NCBI GenBank assembly: GCA_951406725.2
Contig: OX597816.1
Coordinates: forward strand, 43,896,001 to 43,960,000
Direction of reading: 5' to 3'
DNA: 64,000 nucleotides
From: Octopus vulgaris
Taxonomy: Eukaryota
This document shows positions 27,239-40,825 of the stretch, one piece after another (position 1 is the first letter of the stretch; every line of letters begins with the position of its first letter). The position numbers were made by a program, and so were the translations under genes. The notes under the pieces are model-generated. The model was not told the origin of the DNA. It saw only the letters and a program-made list of their open reading frames with translations, and did no database searches.

Positions 27239-28837
27239 ATGATAGACAGACAGACAGACAGGTAGGTAGGTGGGTGGGTGGGTATGTAGGTAGGTAGGTA
27301 AGAAGGTAGGTAGGTAGGTAAGTATTAGGTAGGTAGGGAGGGAGGTTGATTGATCCATTCATTTTGCGATTATGCTGTTGTGACGTGCGATGATACGAAA
27401 AAGTAGATAAGTTTCTTTATTGGCCACACAGGGCTGCACACAGATGGGACAAGTTACAAGGTAGAGCTTTTCTTTTGGGGGTTGAAAAAAACAAAAAACA
27501 AAAGAAACGAAAAAAAAGGGATGGCGTAGGTTTTCGATCAAGAGGGATCGTAAAAGGGAAGAAAAGAACAAAAAAATAATAAATAAATAAAATAGATAGA
27601 TGGATAGATAGATAGATACATAGATAGGTAGATAGGTAGGTAGGTAGGTACTTTGATTGATGCATTCATTTTGGGTTCATAATGTTGTGAAGAGCAATGA
27701 TACAAAAAATGTTCTCGAAACTGTTAAATAAAGTCGCATAAGATGTATTCAGGGCAGATCTGTCATTTACATTTATTCGGAGATAGTCTATTGCTTGTCG
27801 AAAGACCTTTGGCTTATTACACTCCAAAGTTTCTGTCATTTCCTGTCTTAAATCAGGTATTGTTTATTTGGTATTTAACTCTAATTTTAAATTTCAATAA
27901 TAGCAGCAATTTATCAATTTACTTCGTGCCATGGTTCACTTACCATGAAAATCAATGACAATACTACATTGAAATTTTAAATTGATGCCGTTACACGTCG
28001 AAATTACACGATTTTTAAAGGTTCTTATTTCAAGGTTCGGTGCATAAATTTATGTATTTTCACAATATAGTTTCATCATGTTAATGATTTCGATTGTATT
28101 CTATATCTTTCCATGTTTAAAATCTAATGTAGAAACGTGTTTCATTGTGCGCCCGCACACACATACACACATATTTAAATATCGATAGATAGAAAGATAG
28201 ATAGATAGATAGATACATTGTCAGAATCACGCTTGGAATATCAAATGATGTCGTTGAAATATATGCAACAGTGGCCGTACATACAGAACAAATGATACAT
28301 ATTCATGTTTATCATAATCTCTCTCTCTCTCTCTCCCATATATGTACATGCGTGTGTGTGTGTGTATGTATACTATGTATATATATACACACACACATGC
28401 GCGCGTATAAACACACCCACACCATTACACACACATATATATTTGCATATATTGGCTCAGAAATTGCATTTCTCTAAAATCCATAGTGGAATAAAATGCG
28501 CTGATTATTTATGTCCTCATTCCAATCAAATGGTTTCTGACTTAACGAATATGTCACGATTCTTAATAATGTCTCTATTCATCAATCATTTCTTCTTTTG
28601 TGGATAATGTAAAACATCGGTATATTCCATTTTAATAGAAGCACTAATGCTTATTTAGAAAATGGTGTCACTACAATATATGATCGGAAGGGGCTATTAG
28701 ACATTGTATTTTATTTTCCTTGAAAGATCAAATACGATTCCAGTTGTATTTCAACACAGAACCCAGGGGAGAGAAACTAAACATTTTGACTACGTAATAT
28801 GATGTTACATTGTTTTCTCTGCTACTATAACGCCTCT

Positions 28838-29169
28838 GAGACCCCCTTCGGTCACGACACAGACCATGGGATGGCACCGAGAAAGCCACCTTCCCGGGCA
28901 CAAGTCCGGGTAAGGTTGTTTATGGAAGACCAGCAGTCGTCCATGCATACCCGTGTCCCCTCTCCACGCCACCAGTGATATCCAAGGGAAAGGCAAAAGC
29001 CGATACAGCATGGCACCTGTAACGTCGCAACTCATTTCTACAGCTGAGTGAACTGGGGCAACAGGAAATAAAGTATCTTGCTCAAGACCACAACACGCAG
29101 CCCGGTCCGGGATTCGAGCTCACAACCTCACGATCGTAAGCTCGACGCTCTAACCACTGAGCCATACGC
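28838..29169 (-). mobile_element. tRNA(Arg)-like SINE, family C
   Basis: The minus strand reads GCGTATGGCTCAGTGGTTAGAGCGTCGAGCTTACGATCGTGAGGTTGTGAGCTCGAATCCCGG (A and B boxes, ACG in the anticodon-like loop). Full-length match to 33860-34198. Confidence 0.85.
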
Positions 29170-29798
29170 TGTCTACATTTCCCCTCTACATTTCTATTAA
29201 TTGCATGATGACCACACTTTTGTTCAGTTCTGTCTTTAATTAAAACACCACGCTTTACAAATCCCCATGCCACAAATATAAATAAAATCAGATCGTTTTA
29301 ATCAAACAAGAAGCTAATTCTACACGATAGTTTATCTTCCATACTTGTTTGTACTATACTTTCTATATTTTTAAAAAATGCCATGTATGTTTAGTTTGCT
29401 ATGTAAAAATTTGGTTACCTTAAAGCTAATTATAATAGAGGTAACTTATTAACAAATCTGAGATATAATGAATGCTGATGTAAGTAATTTAAATCTTTTT
29501 GGGGTATTTAATTTTCTGTTAAATATTGTAATACAAGTTGTTTTTAGATTCTGCCAATTAACCTGTATCGGAATTTCCATTAAACATCTTCAACCTGCTT
29601 GTTTTCATATTTATTATTCACTGTTAATAAACATTTAGAATAACATGCATATGCATAGTCACCGCAGCACAAAAGCCACAACCAAATTCCATTACAGTAA
29701 CAGACACCCACATAGACGATCACTGTAGTATTCACATGCTATGTGTGTGTGTGCGTGTGTGTGTGTATTTATGTTTAAATAAATATATTTACATATGA

Positions 29799-30138
29799 GT
29801 GGAGGCGCAATGGCCCAGTGGTTAGGGCAGCGGACTCGCGGTCATAGGATCGAAACACCTAAAAGCTCCACGAGGCTCCGGCAGGGGATGGTGGTGATCC
29901 TTGCTGTACTCTTTCACCACAACTTTCTCTCACTCTTACTTCCTGTTTCTGTTGTACCTGTATTTCAAAGGGCCGGCCTTGTCACTCTCTGTGTCACGCT
30001 GAATATCCCTGAGAACTACGTTAGGGGTACACGTGTCTGTGGAGTGCTCAGCCACTTACACGTTAATTTCACGAGCAGGCTGTTCCGTTGATTCGGATCA
30101 ACCGGAACCCTCATCGTCGTAACCGACGGAGTGCTTCC
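29799..30138 (+). mobile_element. tRNA-derived SINE family A with B-box region deleted
   Basis: GTGGAGGCGCAATGGCCCAGTGGTTAGGGCAGCGGACT matches 18176 onwards. It lacks the ~45 bp that include GGTTTCGATTCCC. Confidence 0.85.
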
Positions 30139-30819
30139 TTTATTTACATATGAGCCTGTATAGCGAAAGTATGATACACTAAAGAGAAAGGCTGTAGCAG
30201 TGAAAATTGTAACGTATGTGTATTCAATCAAATGTTAAGAAAGAGGAAGAGTTTTAATTGACCGTATATGAATATTCTGATCATGGTTGGTTGGGTTTTA
30301 ATTATTTAGAGGTCAAGTAATTTATGAATAGATGTTGTATTAATTACCTGCAATCATACATATAGTGACCAGTTAATTACATTCTTGCTTATATATTTAT
30401 ATTAAAGATTACAGAAAATTCGGCACTATTCCTAGACGCTAAATCTACCCTTTGTTTTTTTTTCTCTCAAATCTAATAAAAATTATATTTTAAAAATCTT
30501 TTGACTGAAACTCGTGCTGACATTAAGTACGTACTCAAAGTTTTCCAGTTTTATTAGCGAGCTGAAGGTAATTGAACAGCTTCCAACTGGAAATTCAAGC
30601 CAAATAGTGACCGCCCGATCGGAACTTCACTTCTGTTGTACCGAGTACACTTCGCTTCTGATTCAACGGTTTAATTTTCGACACGACACGTGGGTGTTGT
30701 AGTTTGAAGAACGGGAATTAAAAAGTGTGGTATATTGACTTCCTCAGGTGTAAGTTAAGTAAAACAACTCTAACTAGAAAATGTCCAGATCTCGATATAC
30801 ACCGAAAGCTTATTCACTA

Positions 30820-31035
30820 TTATTGGTTTGAAATTCTCGCACAACGCCAGCAATTTCAGGGATGGGATGAGTCGATTACATCGACCCCAGTGTTCAACTG
30901 GTACTCATGTTATCTACTCCGAACGGATGATAGACAAAGACGACTTCAGGGGAATTTGAGCTGAGAATGTGAAGACGGACGAAATGCCGCTAAGCATTAT
31001 GCTCAGCGTGCTAATGATTCTGTCACCTCGCCGCT
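30820..31035 (-). mobile_element. SINE family D, older variant with a different tail
   Basis: GTCGATTACATCGACCCCAGTG..CTGGTACT..GGAATTTGAGCTGAGAA..GACGAAATGCCGCTAAGCAT..CGTGCTAA..CTCGCCGC matches 24090-24416. Confidence 0.75.
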
Positions 31036-31842
31036 TTTTGTGTCTACATTATCAGCAATGAATGACAAATGCTTTTAAAAATCTGAACGAACACAGACGG
31101 TTCTAGTTGTTGGTTGGGGCTAATTTTCTTCCATAAATAATGCATTTCTATATTTAAAAAAATGAAATTTCAAAGCTCTGTCTCTATATGAGAAAATTAT
31201 TTACTTTATTGTAAGACAATGTTTTCTGTTATATCTATTTTTTTAATCTATGAAATATTAGAATATGCGAAAATAAACGTTGGCAGTTATTTTTGACAAA
31301 TGGATAGGATATGCACTTACCTAGCCGTTACAATTCGTAAGCAGCTTACAGAATTCTCCTGCTAGAATTCAGGCACCTGGAAAATATCATCAGAATATTT
31401 GTGTAGTTAAGGAAAAAGATAAAGAAGAGAAGAAACTAAAATTATTCTGATTCTGTGTCACAAAAAATTACTTTGCATAAAATTCAGCGTAATTTACGGT
31501 GACTTTCCAAAAGAAAAAAGTAGTTACTCTAAGGAATTCAATTCGTTTACGAAAGCGAGAATTCAGCTAAAATAGGTTATTGCAGGAAACATGAAAATGA
31601 CCACAATCTAATCTATTCATTAGTTTCTGGATTCATGATCTGAATAATAGTAAGAATGAAGAAATGAAGTGGAAACTATATTTGTGAAAATAGGGTTGAA
31701 AAGTAAAATTGGAGACGAATTCTTCGAAATGAATGATATGAATACGATATTTCCGCTGTATCTCATTTATGAAAATTTGGTTGTTTCATTCTCCTAGAGC
31801 AAGATCCATTTTCTCGCCCATTTGAATCTACTGAGTTCTAGA

Positions 31843-32070
31843 TTAACCCATTAGCATTCACATTCTTTTCATTAATCATGTACCATCTCGTAGCTTCGAA
31901 ATGTTGATGACGTGATTGTGTATTTTTAGAATGACATTGTAGGGTTGGTGTGAGAGATGGGATCTGGCTAATTTGAGCACTAAACAAGGAAAGTATTTGA
32001 GCGGGATGTGACCAGTTTAAAAATTCACCGTATGGGCCCCATATGGCCAGTTTAAACACTAAAGTTTTAA
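31843..32070. mobile_element. Degenerate TTAA-flanked (piggyBac-like) MITE
   Basis: TTAACCCATTAGCATTCA ... TAAACACTAAAGTTTTAA form imperfect inverted ends with TTAA on both sides. Confidence 0.4.
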
Positions 32071-32422
32071 GAACAAGGCGCACTGAAAATATATTATTGC
32101 ATTCATCATTATCGACATCACGATTTTATTTTAAAGAGTAAAATATATAACGAAATAATCGACTAAACTATTTCCAAACAATTATTGTTAAGAAAACAAA
32201 TACTGTTCTTCCAATATCCATTGTTCATCCTTCTCATTCTCGTTCTTTCACCCATTTTTCTCGCAATGTCTTTATGATTGTCAGACATTGAATTTCCCTA
32301 TTTTCAGTCGCAACGTTCTGGACAATTTGTAGGTATAATAGATGACATTCACCTAAAATGCCACGAAACGATATCGAAACCGAAGCTATATGGTTATGAA
32401 ATAAAAATAAATACCTCCACCA

Positions 32423-32585
32423 GACGCAGGAGTGGTTATGTGGTAAGTAGCTTGCTTACCAACCACATGGTTCCGGGTTCAGTCCCACTGCATGGCACCT
32501 TGGGCAAGTGTCTTCTACTATAGCATCGGGTCGACCAAAGCTTTGTGAGTGGATTTGGTAGACGGAAACTGAAAGAAGCCCGTCG

Positions 32586-32632
<47 letters not shown>

Positions 32633-32850
32633 ATGTTTGTGTGTCTGTGTTCGTTCCTCCAAAATCGCTTGACAACCGATGCTGGTGTGCTTACGTCCCC
32701 GTAACTTAACGGTTCGGCAGGAGAGACCGATTGAATAAGTACTAGGCTTACAAAGAAGAAGTCCTGGGATCGGTTTGCTTGACTAAAGGTGGTGCTCCAG
32801 CATGATCGCAGTCAAATGACTGAAACATATAAAGGAAAAAATAAAGAATG
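32423..32850 (+). mobile_element. SINE family B with internal (TA)n(TG)n tract
   Basis: tRNA-like head (..GTGGTAAG..GGTTCAGTCCC), CORE-like CCTTGGGCAAGTGTCTT and tail GGTGGTGCTCCAGCATG..CAGTCAAATGACTGAAAC. Multiple copies in the window. Confidence 0.9.
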
Positions 32851-33284
32851 CTGTTATGTCTGTGTTTGTTTTAAAATTTTCACAAAATCATACTGACAAG
32901 TACACAAATAAATACTAATGCATACATACGCACGAATGCACACTCATAAATGTAAATTGCTAATGCTGTAAAGGAATGTATATTTGAGGGCAGCGCACAA
33001 CTTTCTTCAAACCCCAATTTATCTTTATGAAATGTTTGGTTGACATTTAATGTTTACCTGTATTTGTATTATTATTGGTTTTTAGTTAACTGTGATTTAT
33101 TGACACTTAAAATGCTTCTCAGATCTTAAACAATTGACTTTTGAAGTATTGGGTAACTATTAGTTGTTCAGGAGAAATATCAACAACGTCGAATCATCCG
33201 TCTCCTGTTTCAGATGGTAGGTGTCCACCGGCACAAACTCTTCCACCAAATCACTCCTTTAAAATAAATTCATATAAGTGTAAT

Positions 33285-33540
33285 AGGAGTGGATTTGGCA
33301 GGTGATGAAATCCTTGAGATTGGATCTGGCAGACGAAAACTGTTAAATCTGTCGTGCGTGTCTCACCACTACCTGACAACCGATGTTGGTATATTTACGT
33401 CCTTGTAACTTAGCGGTTCGACAAAATAACCGATACAATAAGTACCAGGTTTCAAAAAGTGTACTGGGATCAATTCATTCGACTAAAATTTCTTGGAAGT
33501 GGTGCCCCGAACATGTTCACAGTCTGATGTTTAAAGCTAA
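33285..33540 (+). mobile_element. Degenerate SINE family B fragment
   Basis: GAGTGGATTTGG..TGACAACCGATGTTGGT..GTAACTTAGCGGTTCG..AATAAGTACCAGG..GACTAAA. Confidence 0.65.
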
Positions 33541-33859
33541 AAAAAAACATTATGAAAATAATTACATTAAGGTTATTATCTTAAGAGTAACTATAAAAAT
33601 AACAACAAAACATTTACTTTCGTGGACAGACAATATTGTTTGTTTAAGCGGGAAGTCAAAATTTAAAGTCACAGTGAAAAGAAATTTTATTATAATGCAA
33701 AATACATTATAACCAAAACATTGGAAATGTTTTAGAAAATATACCTGCTGAGCAGCTGGTGTTTTAAAGATCTAGAGTCATGTTCAAGGCATATCTTGAT
33801 GGTGAGTATAGTTCTGCATAGAGAGATTGATCTGAATAGAATTACAACGTCTATGAGCA

Positions 33860-34198
33860 GGTGCATAGCTCAGTGGTTAGAGTGTCGGACTTACAATAAT
33901 GATGTAGTACGTTCGATTCCCGGACTTGGCTGTATATTATAATCTTGAGCAAGACATTTTATTTCACGTTGCTCCAGTTCACTCAGCTGTAAAAATGAGT
34001 TGTGACATCACTGGTACCAAGATGTATCGGCCTTTGCTTTTCCCTTGGAAAACATTTGTGGCGTGGTGCGGGGAGGCTGGTATGCATGGGCGACGACTGC
34101 TCTTGCACAAACAAACTTGCCCGGACTTGATTCTCGGAGAGTAACTTTCTAGGTGCAATCCCATGGACATTCATGACCGAACGGGGTCTTTATCCTTT
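33860..34198 (+). mobile_element. tRNA-derived SINE family C with TSD
   Basis: TAGCTCAGTGGTTAGAG (A box) and GTTCGATTCCCGG (B box). Direct repeat TATGAGCAGGTG (33852-33863) / TATGAACAGGTG (34199-34210). Confidence 0.85.
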
Positions 34199-35769
34199 TA
34201 TGAACAGGTGTAAGGAATTGTTCTGAGGCTATTGATTTTGAATGAGTTGCAGGTTTTGTTTCGGGTGGAACTAAGTAACAAAGAGAGTAGGTATGCAACA
34301 CTTGAGATCCTGGTTAAGACGGGAGCAAACGGTGCACTTTAAGAAAAATCTCATGAACCGAGATCTAGAATGGATTCTTATTGATTAAATTCTTAATTCA
34401 GGCATCTTATTTCTACCGTATCTATCCAACTTATTCTGCTAGGTAAAGTTGGAGTAATCAGCTTTCCCCTTCTTTCCTGAAGAGAGAAACCGTTAGGTAC
34501 ACCTTCAGCAGGAGTCAAAAATCTTTGGACGAAGGGCGGTATTGTTCACGATATGACCAGGAATTGAAAACCATAGCAAACACCATCCCAGTAAGATTAG
34601 CCATTGCAGGCGCCTCTGCCTAAGTAGTCGACGATCGCTTTTCTTAATGCTGAATGCAGCGATTTTGCAGGCTAGTCTCTTTGTAGATATTTTCCGTAAC
34701 CCCTCAAGTTAGTTTTGGCTATGAAAGCAACAGACACAGCCTTAATCTGGCTGTAGATCAGGGAGATGAAGGTAACCTTGGATAGCTCGAAGTAGATAAA
34801 AATCTAGGGTGTAATTAAGATGCTTGGTAGCAGGATCGGGAAAGTGGTGGACAAAACGATTTGCTACATTTTATTACATCCTTTTGTGCTTTAATTTGAA
34901 ATCACGTCGACGGCTAATTTGCCTTTTACTCTATCAACTTCTATAAAGGAAGTACCAGTAACATATTGTTCAGTCTATATAATCAAGTATACTGTCTCCG
35001 AAATTAATGGATTTTTGGCGATTTTACAAATCATAATTAAATGATTATTTAAACAAGAATGAATAAGAAGGAAAAACAATGAGTTTTTCGAATTGGCTTT
35101 GTTCCATATGCAACGTATAACGCATAGCAAATTCGAATAAAATCTTTATTAATTAATTGAAATAATTTCTTTAAGCAGCGGTACTAAATTAATGTAATCA
35201 ATTTCATAATCTCATAATGATTTTTTTTAATGAACGACTTGAATTTATCATAAATAATGAATTGGCTTGAAATGTTAAGATATGCAAATCTTTATTCACG
35301 TAATCAGTAAAGACGCATGGAACAAGTGAATAATATTAAACTGCGTCATAAATTAGTTTCCCACAGAATGTATTGGTGTTTATCTTTGTGAAACAGGCTT
35401 CATTCCTCTCGCCAGAATGTCTTCATGTCTATTGAAGATATTATTATTCAAATATTCATATAAATTTGAAAATATATTTTTGTAGCGGAAACATCAACTA
35501 TTTTAAAGCATGGAATTGCTGGCATCAGTCGTACTGGCTCGTTCATTTTATTCGAATCTAAGCACAAATCCTTTGGACATATTTAAGTTAAAGATATGGA
35601 GTATGTCGTATTTAAAATATACGATAGAGATTGTTTTCGTGATCATCCTTATTGGTAGTTTTCTTGTTTTTGTTGCCCAGCTCATGATATATGTTACCAC
35701 AGTGTATATAGCAACTACAAATTAAATAACTGTGCAGGCACCGTCAACTTTTAATATAAATTTGATGTA

Positions 35770-36319
35770 CTAGAATGAAATATTCCACACCCACACATAA
35801 TACATACCGTTGCTATTATGAAAATTGACCTAAGTCCGAAACGTTTCTTTTTCAGAGAACGAAAAATTAGTTCCACCATTCCATTTCTTTCTACATGAGC
35901 AAGTTTCAGCTTAACAATAATACCTTGTTGGGTGCATAAAATCGTAAATCCATGTATGTATGATATTTTCAGTTGGAAATATTTTTGCAAAACTGTCGTA
36001 TGTGGAACTTACTACAATTTTCAAAAATACTAAACAGTTCATCTACAGTTCGATAATTTTTATCTGAAGGTGCTGGAGATACAGTAGTTTGACAAAAAGA
36101 ACCAACTATTGCAAGCAAAATTAAATATTGAAAAAGACGCATTTGGCCAAATTTGGACATACGACAGTTTAGCATAAGCATGTAAACAAAGTGGCACACA
36201 ACTACATTTAATGCTATTCATATAAATGTAACAGCCTTTCCTGGTTTTTCTTCCCTACTTCTAATAAATGTTGTGACGAACAGACAGACGAAGACCCGCT
36301 TTTATTTTATTACAATAGA
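35770..36319 (-). mobile_element. Possible Helitron remnant
   Basis: The minus-strand end TCTATTGTAATAAAATAAAAGCGGGTCTTCGTCTGTCTG resembles a Helitron 5' terminus. There is a CTAG|T at 35770-35773 but no clear hairpin. Confidence 0.3.
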
Positions 36320-36734
36320 CCACAAGGTGAAACTGAGAGAGTGTTGAAAAGTTAATCAACTTGAGGTAATGTTAATATTCTAGACGACAAGCGAAACATG
36401 AAGGACTATTAAGGAAATATGCATACAATCTTTAAAGCAAAATTTCAACGCGAGCAAGCTTATGCCTTCAGACACACATTCTCTTTAGGAACACAAAATC
36501 AGGAGAAATTGTATGTGTGTGTGTATGTGTGTGTGTAGGTATATATATATGTGTGTGTGTGCGCGCGTGCGTGTGTGATGCACAAGCCAATGTAAAAGAA
36601 AGTACGAAATATATATAAAATAAATTAATATTTCAAAACAGTTCCGCTGGTAAAATTAGTTTCCGTAGTTTGGTGGAGAAATATTCTCATGCACTAAAAG
36701 TTTACATTGCCACACTTATGGACGTTTACAACAG

Positions 36735-36769
<35 letters not shown>

Positions 36770-37179
36770 TGTGTATTTAAATCATAACGTTTATAGATCA
36801 TTTATCATATTTGACTCAAAAGAAGCTATATTTCGTAATTGTATCATGCTTATTGACGGTAAAAAGATTTAACGAAATTTTCTTTAACTTATCATGTTAG
36901 GTATAATAAATACACGTTACATATCCTAACTGAAACAACGCCAGTTATTGGTGTCCTGTTGCTAGTCAAAGAGGTATGAATTCACCAACTAATTCAAGGC
37001 TTTTTAATACTACAACGTCCGTTTTTCTTGATGATGTGAATCAACGAATGTTAATTTAGACATACAACGTTACTGACGATAGAGAATGAACCATGTTTTG
37101 AAAATTATAACTGAATGCTATAGACTTAGCTAAATACAGTTCCTAATAACGACAAATGTATTAAAGTAAAATACATTTG

Positions 37180-37460
37180 GTTTCAAATTTTGGCACAAGC
37201 CCAGCACATTTGTTGGATGGGTAAGTCGATTATATCAACTCTAATGCCGAAATTAAACCTATTTTATCAACACCCAAATGGGGCTAAGCAAGGGGCTAAA
37301 CACAGAGGGGACAAACAAGGACAGGCATAAGTATTAAGTCGATTACATCGACCCCAGTGCGTAACTGGTACTTAATTTATCGACCCCGAAAGGAGGAAAG
37401 GACGAAATACCGCAAAGCACTTTATACGGCGTGCTAAAAATTCTTCCACCTTGCCACCTT
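37180..37460 (-). mobile_element. SINE family D mosaic (old copy plus a young segment at 37290-37400)
   Basis: 37291-37400 is nearly identical to 24044-24134 joined to 24298-24316. The flanks match the diverged variant at 30820-31035. Confidence 0.7.
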
Positions 37461-37915
37461 GTACTTGATGGTTATATTAAATGTATTATATGATTGAAAT
37501 GTATTATATGAGGGGATCAATAATGGCCTAGAGAGTTTAAAAGGTAATTAATTTTATATTTCACGTCAGAAGAGAAGGTCCATGTGACAAAGACTAAATG
37601 AAGTACTTTTCGTTCTCTTAACTCACAAATGCACTTACCAGATGCATTGATACTAACAGTTATTATCTTGTTGAAGAAGGAATATCATTTAGTTGCTGGA
37701 GTATGTACAGTGTGTTATACGCAGGATTCGAGAGAACATTACGATATTTTAACTGATGCTTTGGATTAATTGAATTCTAATCACAGAGCCAACTAATTAC
37801 TCGTGGTTCCAATTGACAGAGAGAATTTCTCTGATGGTTCTAAAATGTAAATATTCTAAGATGCTCTCTCTCTCTCTCTCCCCTCTCTCTCTCTCCCCTC
37901 TCTCTCTCTCCTCCC

Positions 37916-37960
<45 letters not shown>

Positions 37961-37961
<1 letters not shown>

Positions 37962-38165
37962 GTTGAATCCCTAGCTTCTGCACGCATTTTTTTTCTCTCC
38001 TTGTTTCTCTCCGTGTTTCTTTTCTGTGTATCTTTCTGTTGAAGAGCGTAGGCTCGAAACGTAAAGGACTCGTTTTATTTATACTCCTGAGCGCCATACT
38101 AATACAATTGTTTGTTTGTACTCCACCTGCCTTCGTCTTTTGTTTATTTTCATAAAGCTTCCCGT
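37961..38165 (+). mobile_element. Short HHR-bearing element, copy 1, in (TA)n
   Basis: TCTTT-CTGTTGAA-GAGC-GTAG-GCTC-GAAA-CGT-A-AAGGA at 38031-38068. Homologous to the copies at 50151, 52611 and 59936. Confidence 0.8.
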
Positions 38166-38196
<31 letters not shown>

Positions 38197-38227
38197 TATA
38201 TATATATATATATATGCATACATATAT

Positions 38228-38650
38228 TCTTTTATTCCTTTACTTATTACAGTGATTCGACTGCGGCCAAGCTGGAGCACCGCCTTTAGTCAAACAGGTC
38301 CACACCGGGATTGATTCTTTGAAAGCGCAGTAATTATTCTATGGGTACGGTCTCTCGGACCGATAAGTTACAGGGAAAGAAACACACTAACATCGGGTGC
38401 AAAGAGATGGCGGGGTAGGGGAATAACGCACACATAAATATATACAGTTCCATGTGTCTGTATATATATATATGTGTGTGTGTGTGTCTATGCATGGGAC
38501 AGGCTTCTTTTAGTTTCCGTAACCATATCCACTCATATGGCTGTAGTCAGTCCAAGGCTATAGAAGAACGCAGTTGGCCAAGTTGCCACGCAGTGGGACT
38601 GAACCCAGGAGCATATAGTTGTAAAGAAAGATTCGAACCACACAGGCACG
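38228..38650 (-). mobile_element. SINE family B (diverged)
   Basis: GACTGCGGCCAAGCTGGAGCACCGCCTTTAGTC ... GCCACGCAGTGGGACTGAACCC. Confidence 0.8.
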
Positions 38651-38865
38651 CACTGCGCATATATCAGTATATATATATACAGATATGTATATATATATAT
38701 ATATATATATACATACAGATATATATATATACATACATAGAGATGTATATATATATATATGTATATATATACGTATGAATATATATGTAATTTTATATCT
38801 AAATATCTCCACATATATATATATATGCATACGTATATATATCTACATACATATATATATACATA

Positions 38866-38908
<43 letters not shown>

Positions 38909-39030
38909 GTTTACATGTGCATACATATACATATATATACATATCTACGTATATATATATATATGGATATATATATGTGTATATATACGTATATGTATGC
39001 ATATGTAAACATATGTATATATATGCATAA

Positions 39031-39065
<35 letters not shown>

Positions 39066-39138
39066 TCAATAAATGGCGGGGGTTGTGTTGACCGCACGTG
39101 GAGAAATGATAAGCAAGCACTTTTACAATTTTTCCTTG

Positions 39139-39185
<47 letters not shown>

Positions 39186-39323
39186 TTATGTATATTTATA
39201 TACATTTATATATATATGTATATGTATATATATGTATATGTATATATATGTGTGTGTGTAGATATATATGTATGCATATATATATGTGGAGATGTTTATA
39301 GAAAAATCCATATATATTCATAC

Positions 39324-39369
<46 letters not shown>

Positions 39370-39372
<3 letters not shown>

Positions 39373-40562
39373 ATATATCTTGACTTTGCAAAAGCCTTTG
39401 ATAAAGTCGACCATGGTATGATCTGTCACAAACTGCGTGGTCTCGGCATAGGCGGGAAACTTGGAGAGTGGCTGCACAACTTCCTAAAAGACAGAAAACA
39501 GGCAGTTGTGAGCAATGGAGCCACCTCCAGGGAAACGCAAATAACAAGCGGTGTCCCACAGGGCACTGTCTTGGGGCCACTGATGTTCATAGTGGCCCTT
39601 TCAGACATGCCTTCAGTTGCTACGATGACCACCCTTGCTAGCTATGCAGATGACACAAAGGTCTCCCACGCAATACAGAACCCTGAAAATATTGCGCATC
39701 TGCAACATGAGCTGGACACAATATACAGGTGGGCTGAGGACAACAACATGCAGTTTAATGCAGGTAAGTTCCAGGCCCTGCGCTACTGGCACACAAAGGT
39801 AAATGACGTGAAGACTGGATACACTGGCCCAGGAAGAATTGCAATCCCTGAGTCAAAATCAGTGCGTGACCTGGGCATTGACATGAGCAATGATGCATCT
39901 TTCCAAATGCATATTGCTAATCTGGTGATAAAATGCAGACGGCTAGCTGGATGGATTCTCCGAACTTTCAGAACAAGAGAGAAGGAGACACTGATGGTTC
40001 TATGGAAAACATTTGTCCTCAGCCGCTTGGACTACTGCTCCCAACTTTGGTCACCACACAATATAAAACAAACAGCAGAACTCGAAGCAACTCAGAGAAG
40101 CTACACAAAGAAAATCGTCTCAATGCAAAATGTCAGCTACTGGGAAAGACTGAAGGTATTAAACCTCTTCTCCCTGGAGCGGAGGCGGGAAGAAGATATG
40201 CAGTAATATACATCTGGAAAATCCTGGAGGGTCTTGTCCCAAACTTTGGCATTCAAAGTTACTCCAACCGCAGAACAGGGCGCCGCTGCGTGGTGCCAAG
40301 GATTCCAACATCACCATCAAAATACAGGTCCAGATACTGCAACAGCTTGGGTTTCAGAGGACCACAGCTTTTCAACATCCTCCCTAAATGCCTGAGAGAC
40401 TTACATGGTGTGGATGTGGGTTTCTTTAAAACTAAACTGGATCTCTTCTTGTTGGGAGTCCCAGATGAACCTACCTCACGACAGGAGACACGGATGCGGG
40501 CAGCAGCATCGAACTCCCTTGTTGATCAAGTGCCACGTATCAGAGGTGGATTCACAAACTAG
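39370..40562 (+). pseudogene. LINE ORF2 reverse transcriptase C-terminal half, with one frameshift near 40190
   Basis: [83 protein letters not shown], then in the shifted frame RYAVIYIWKILEG...FNILP..FKTKLD. Confidence 0.9.
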
Positions 40563-40645
40563 TGTGGCTCATTCAGCGGTGGTGCCCCAGCATGGCCCCG
40601 GCCTTCGGGCTAAAACATTTTTTAAGGATTTAAGGATTTTAAGGA
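39370..40645 (+). mobile_element. 5'-truncated non-LTR retrotransposon (CR1/L2-group) inserted in (TA)n
   Basis: RT coding region, short 3' UTR and a (TTTAAGGA)x3 tail at 40621-40645. TA tracts on both sides. Confidence 0.9.
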
Positions 40646-40790
40646 TATATATATATATATACATATATGTATATATATCCATATCTACATCTATGTATAT
40701 ATATATGTGTGTGCATATAAATGTATTTGCATATATATTATGTATGTATATGTATATATATATATATATATATGCATATATAAATGTATC

Positions 40791-40825
<35 letters not shown>

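Noticed and set aside
28838-34198. tRNA genes at 18176, 29100, 29799 and 33860
   Set aside because: The tRNA-like heads continue into repeated SINE bodies and lack a complete acceptor stem.
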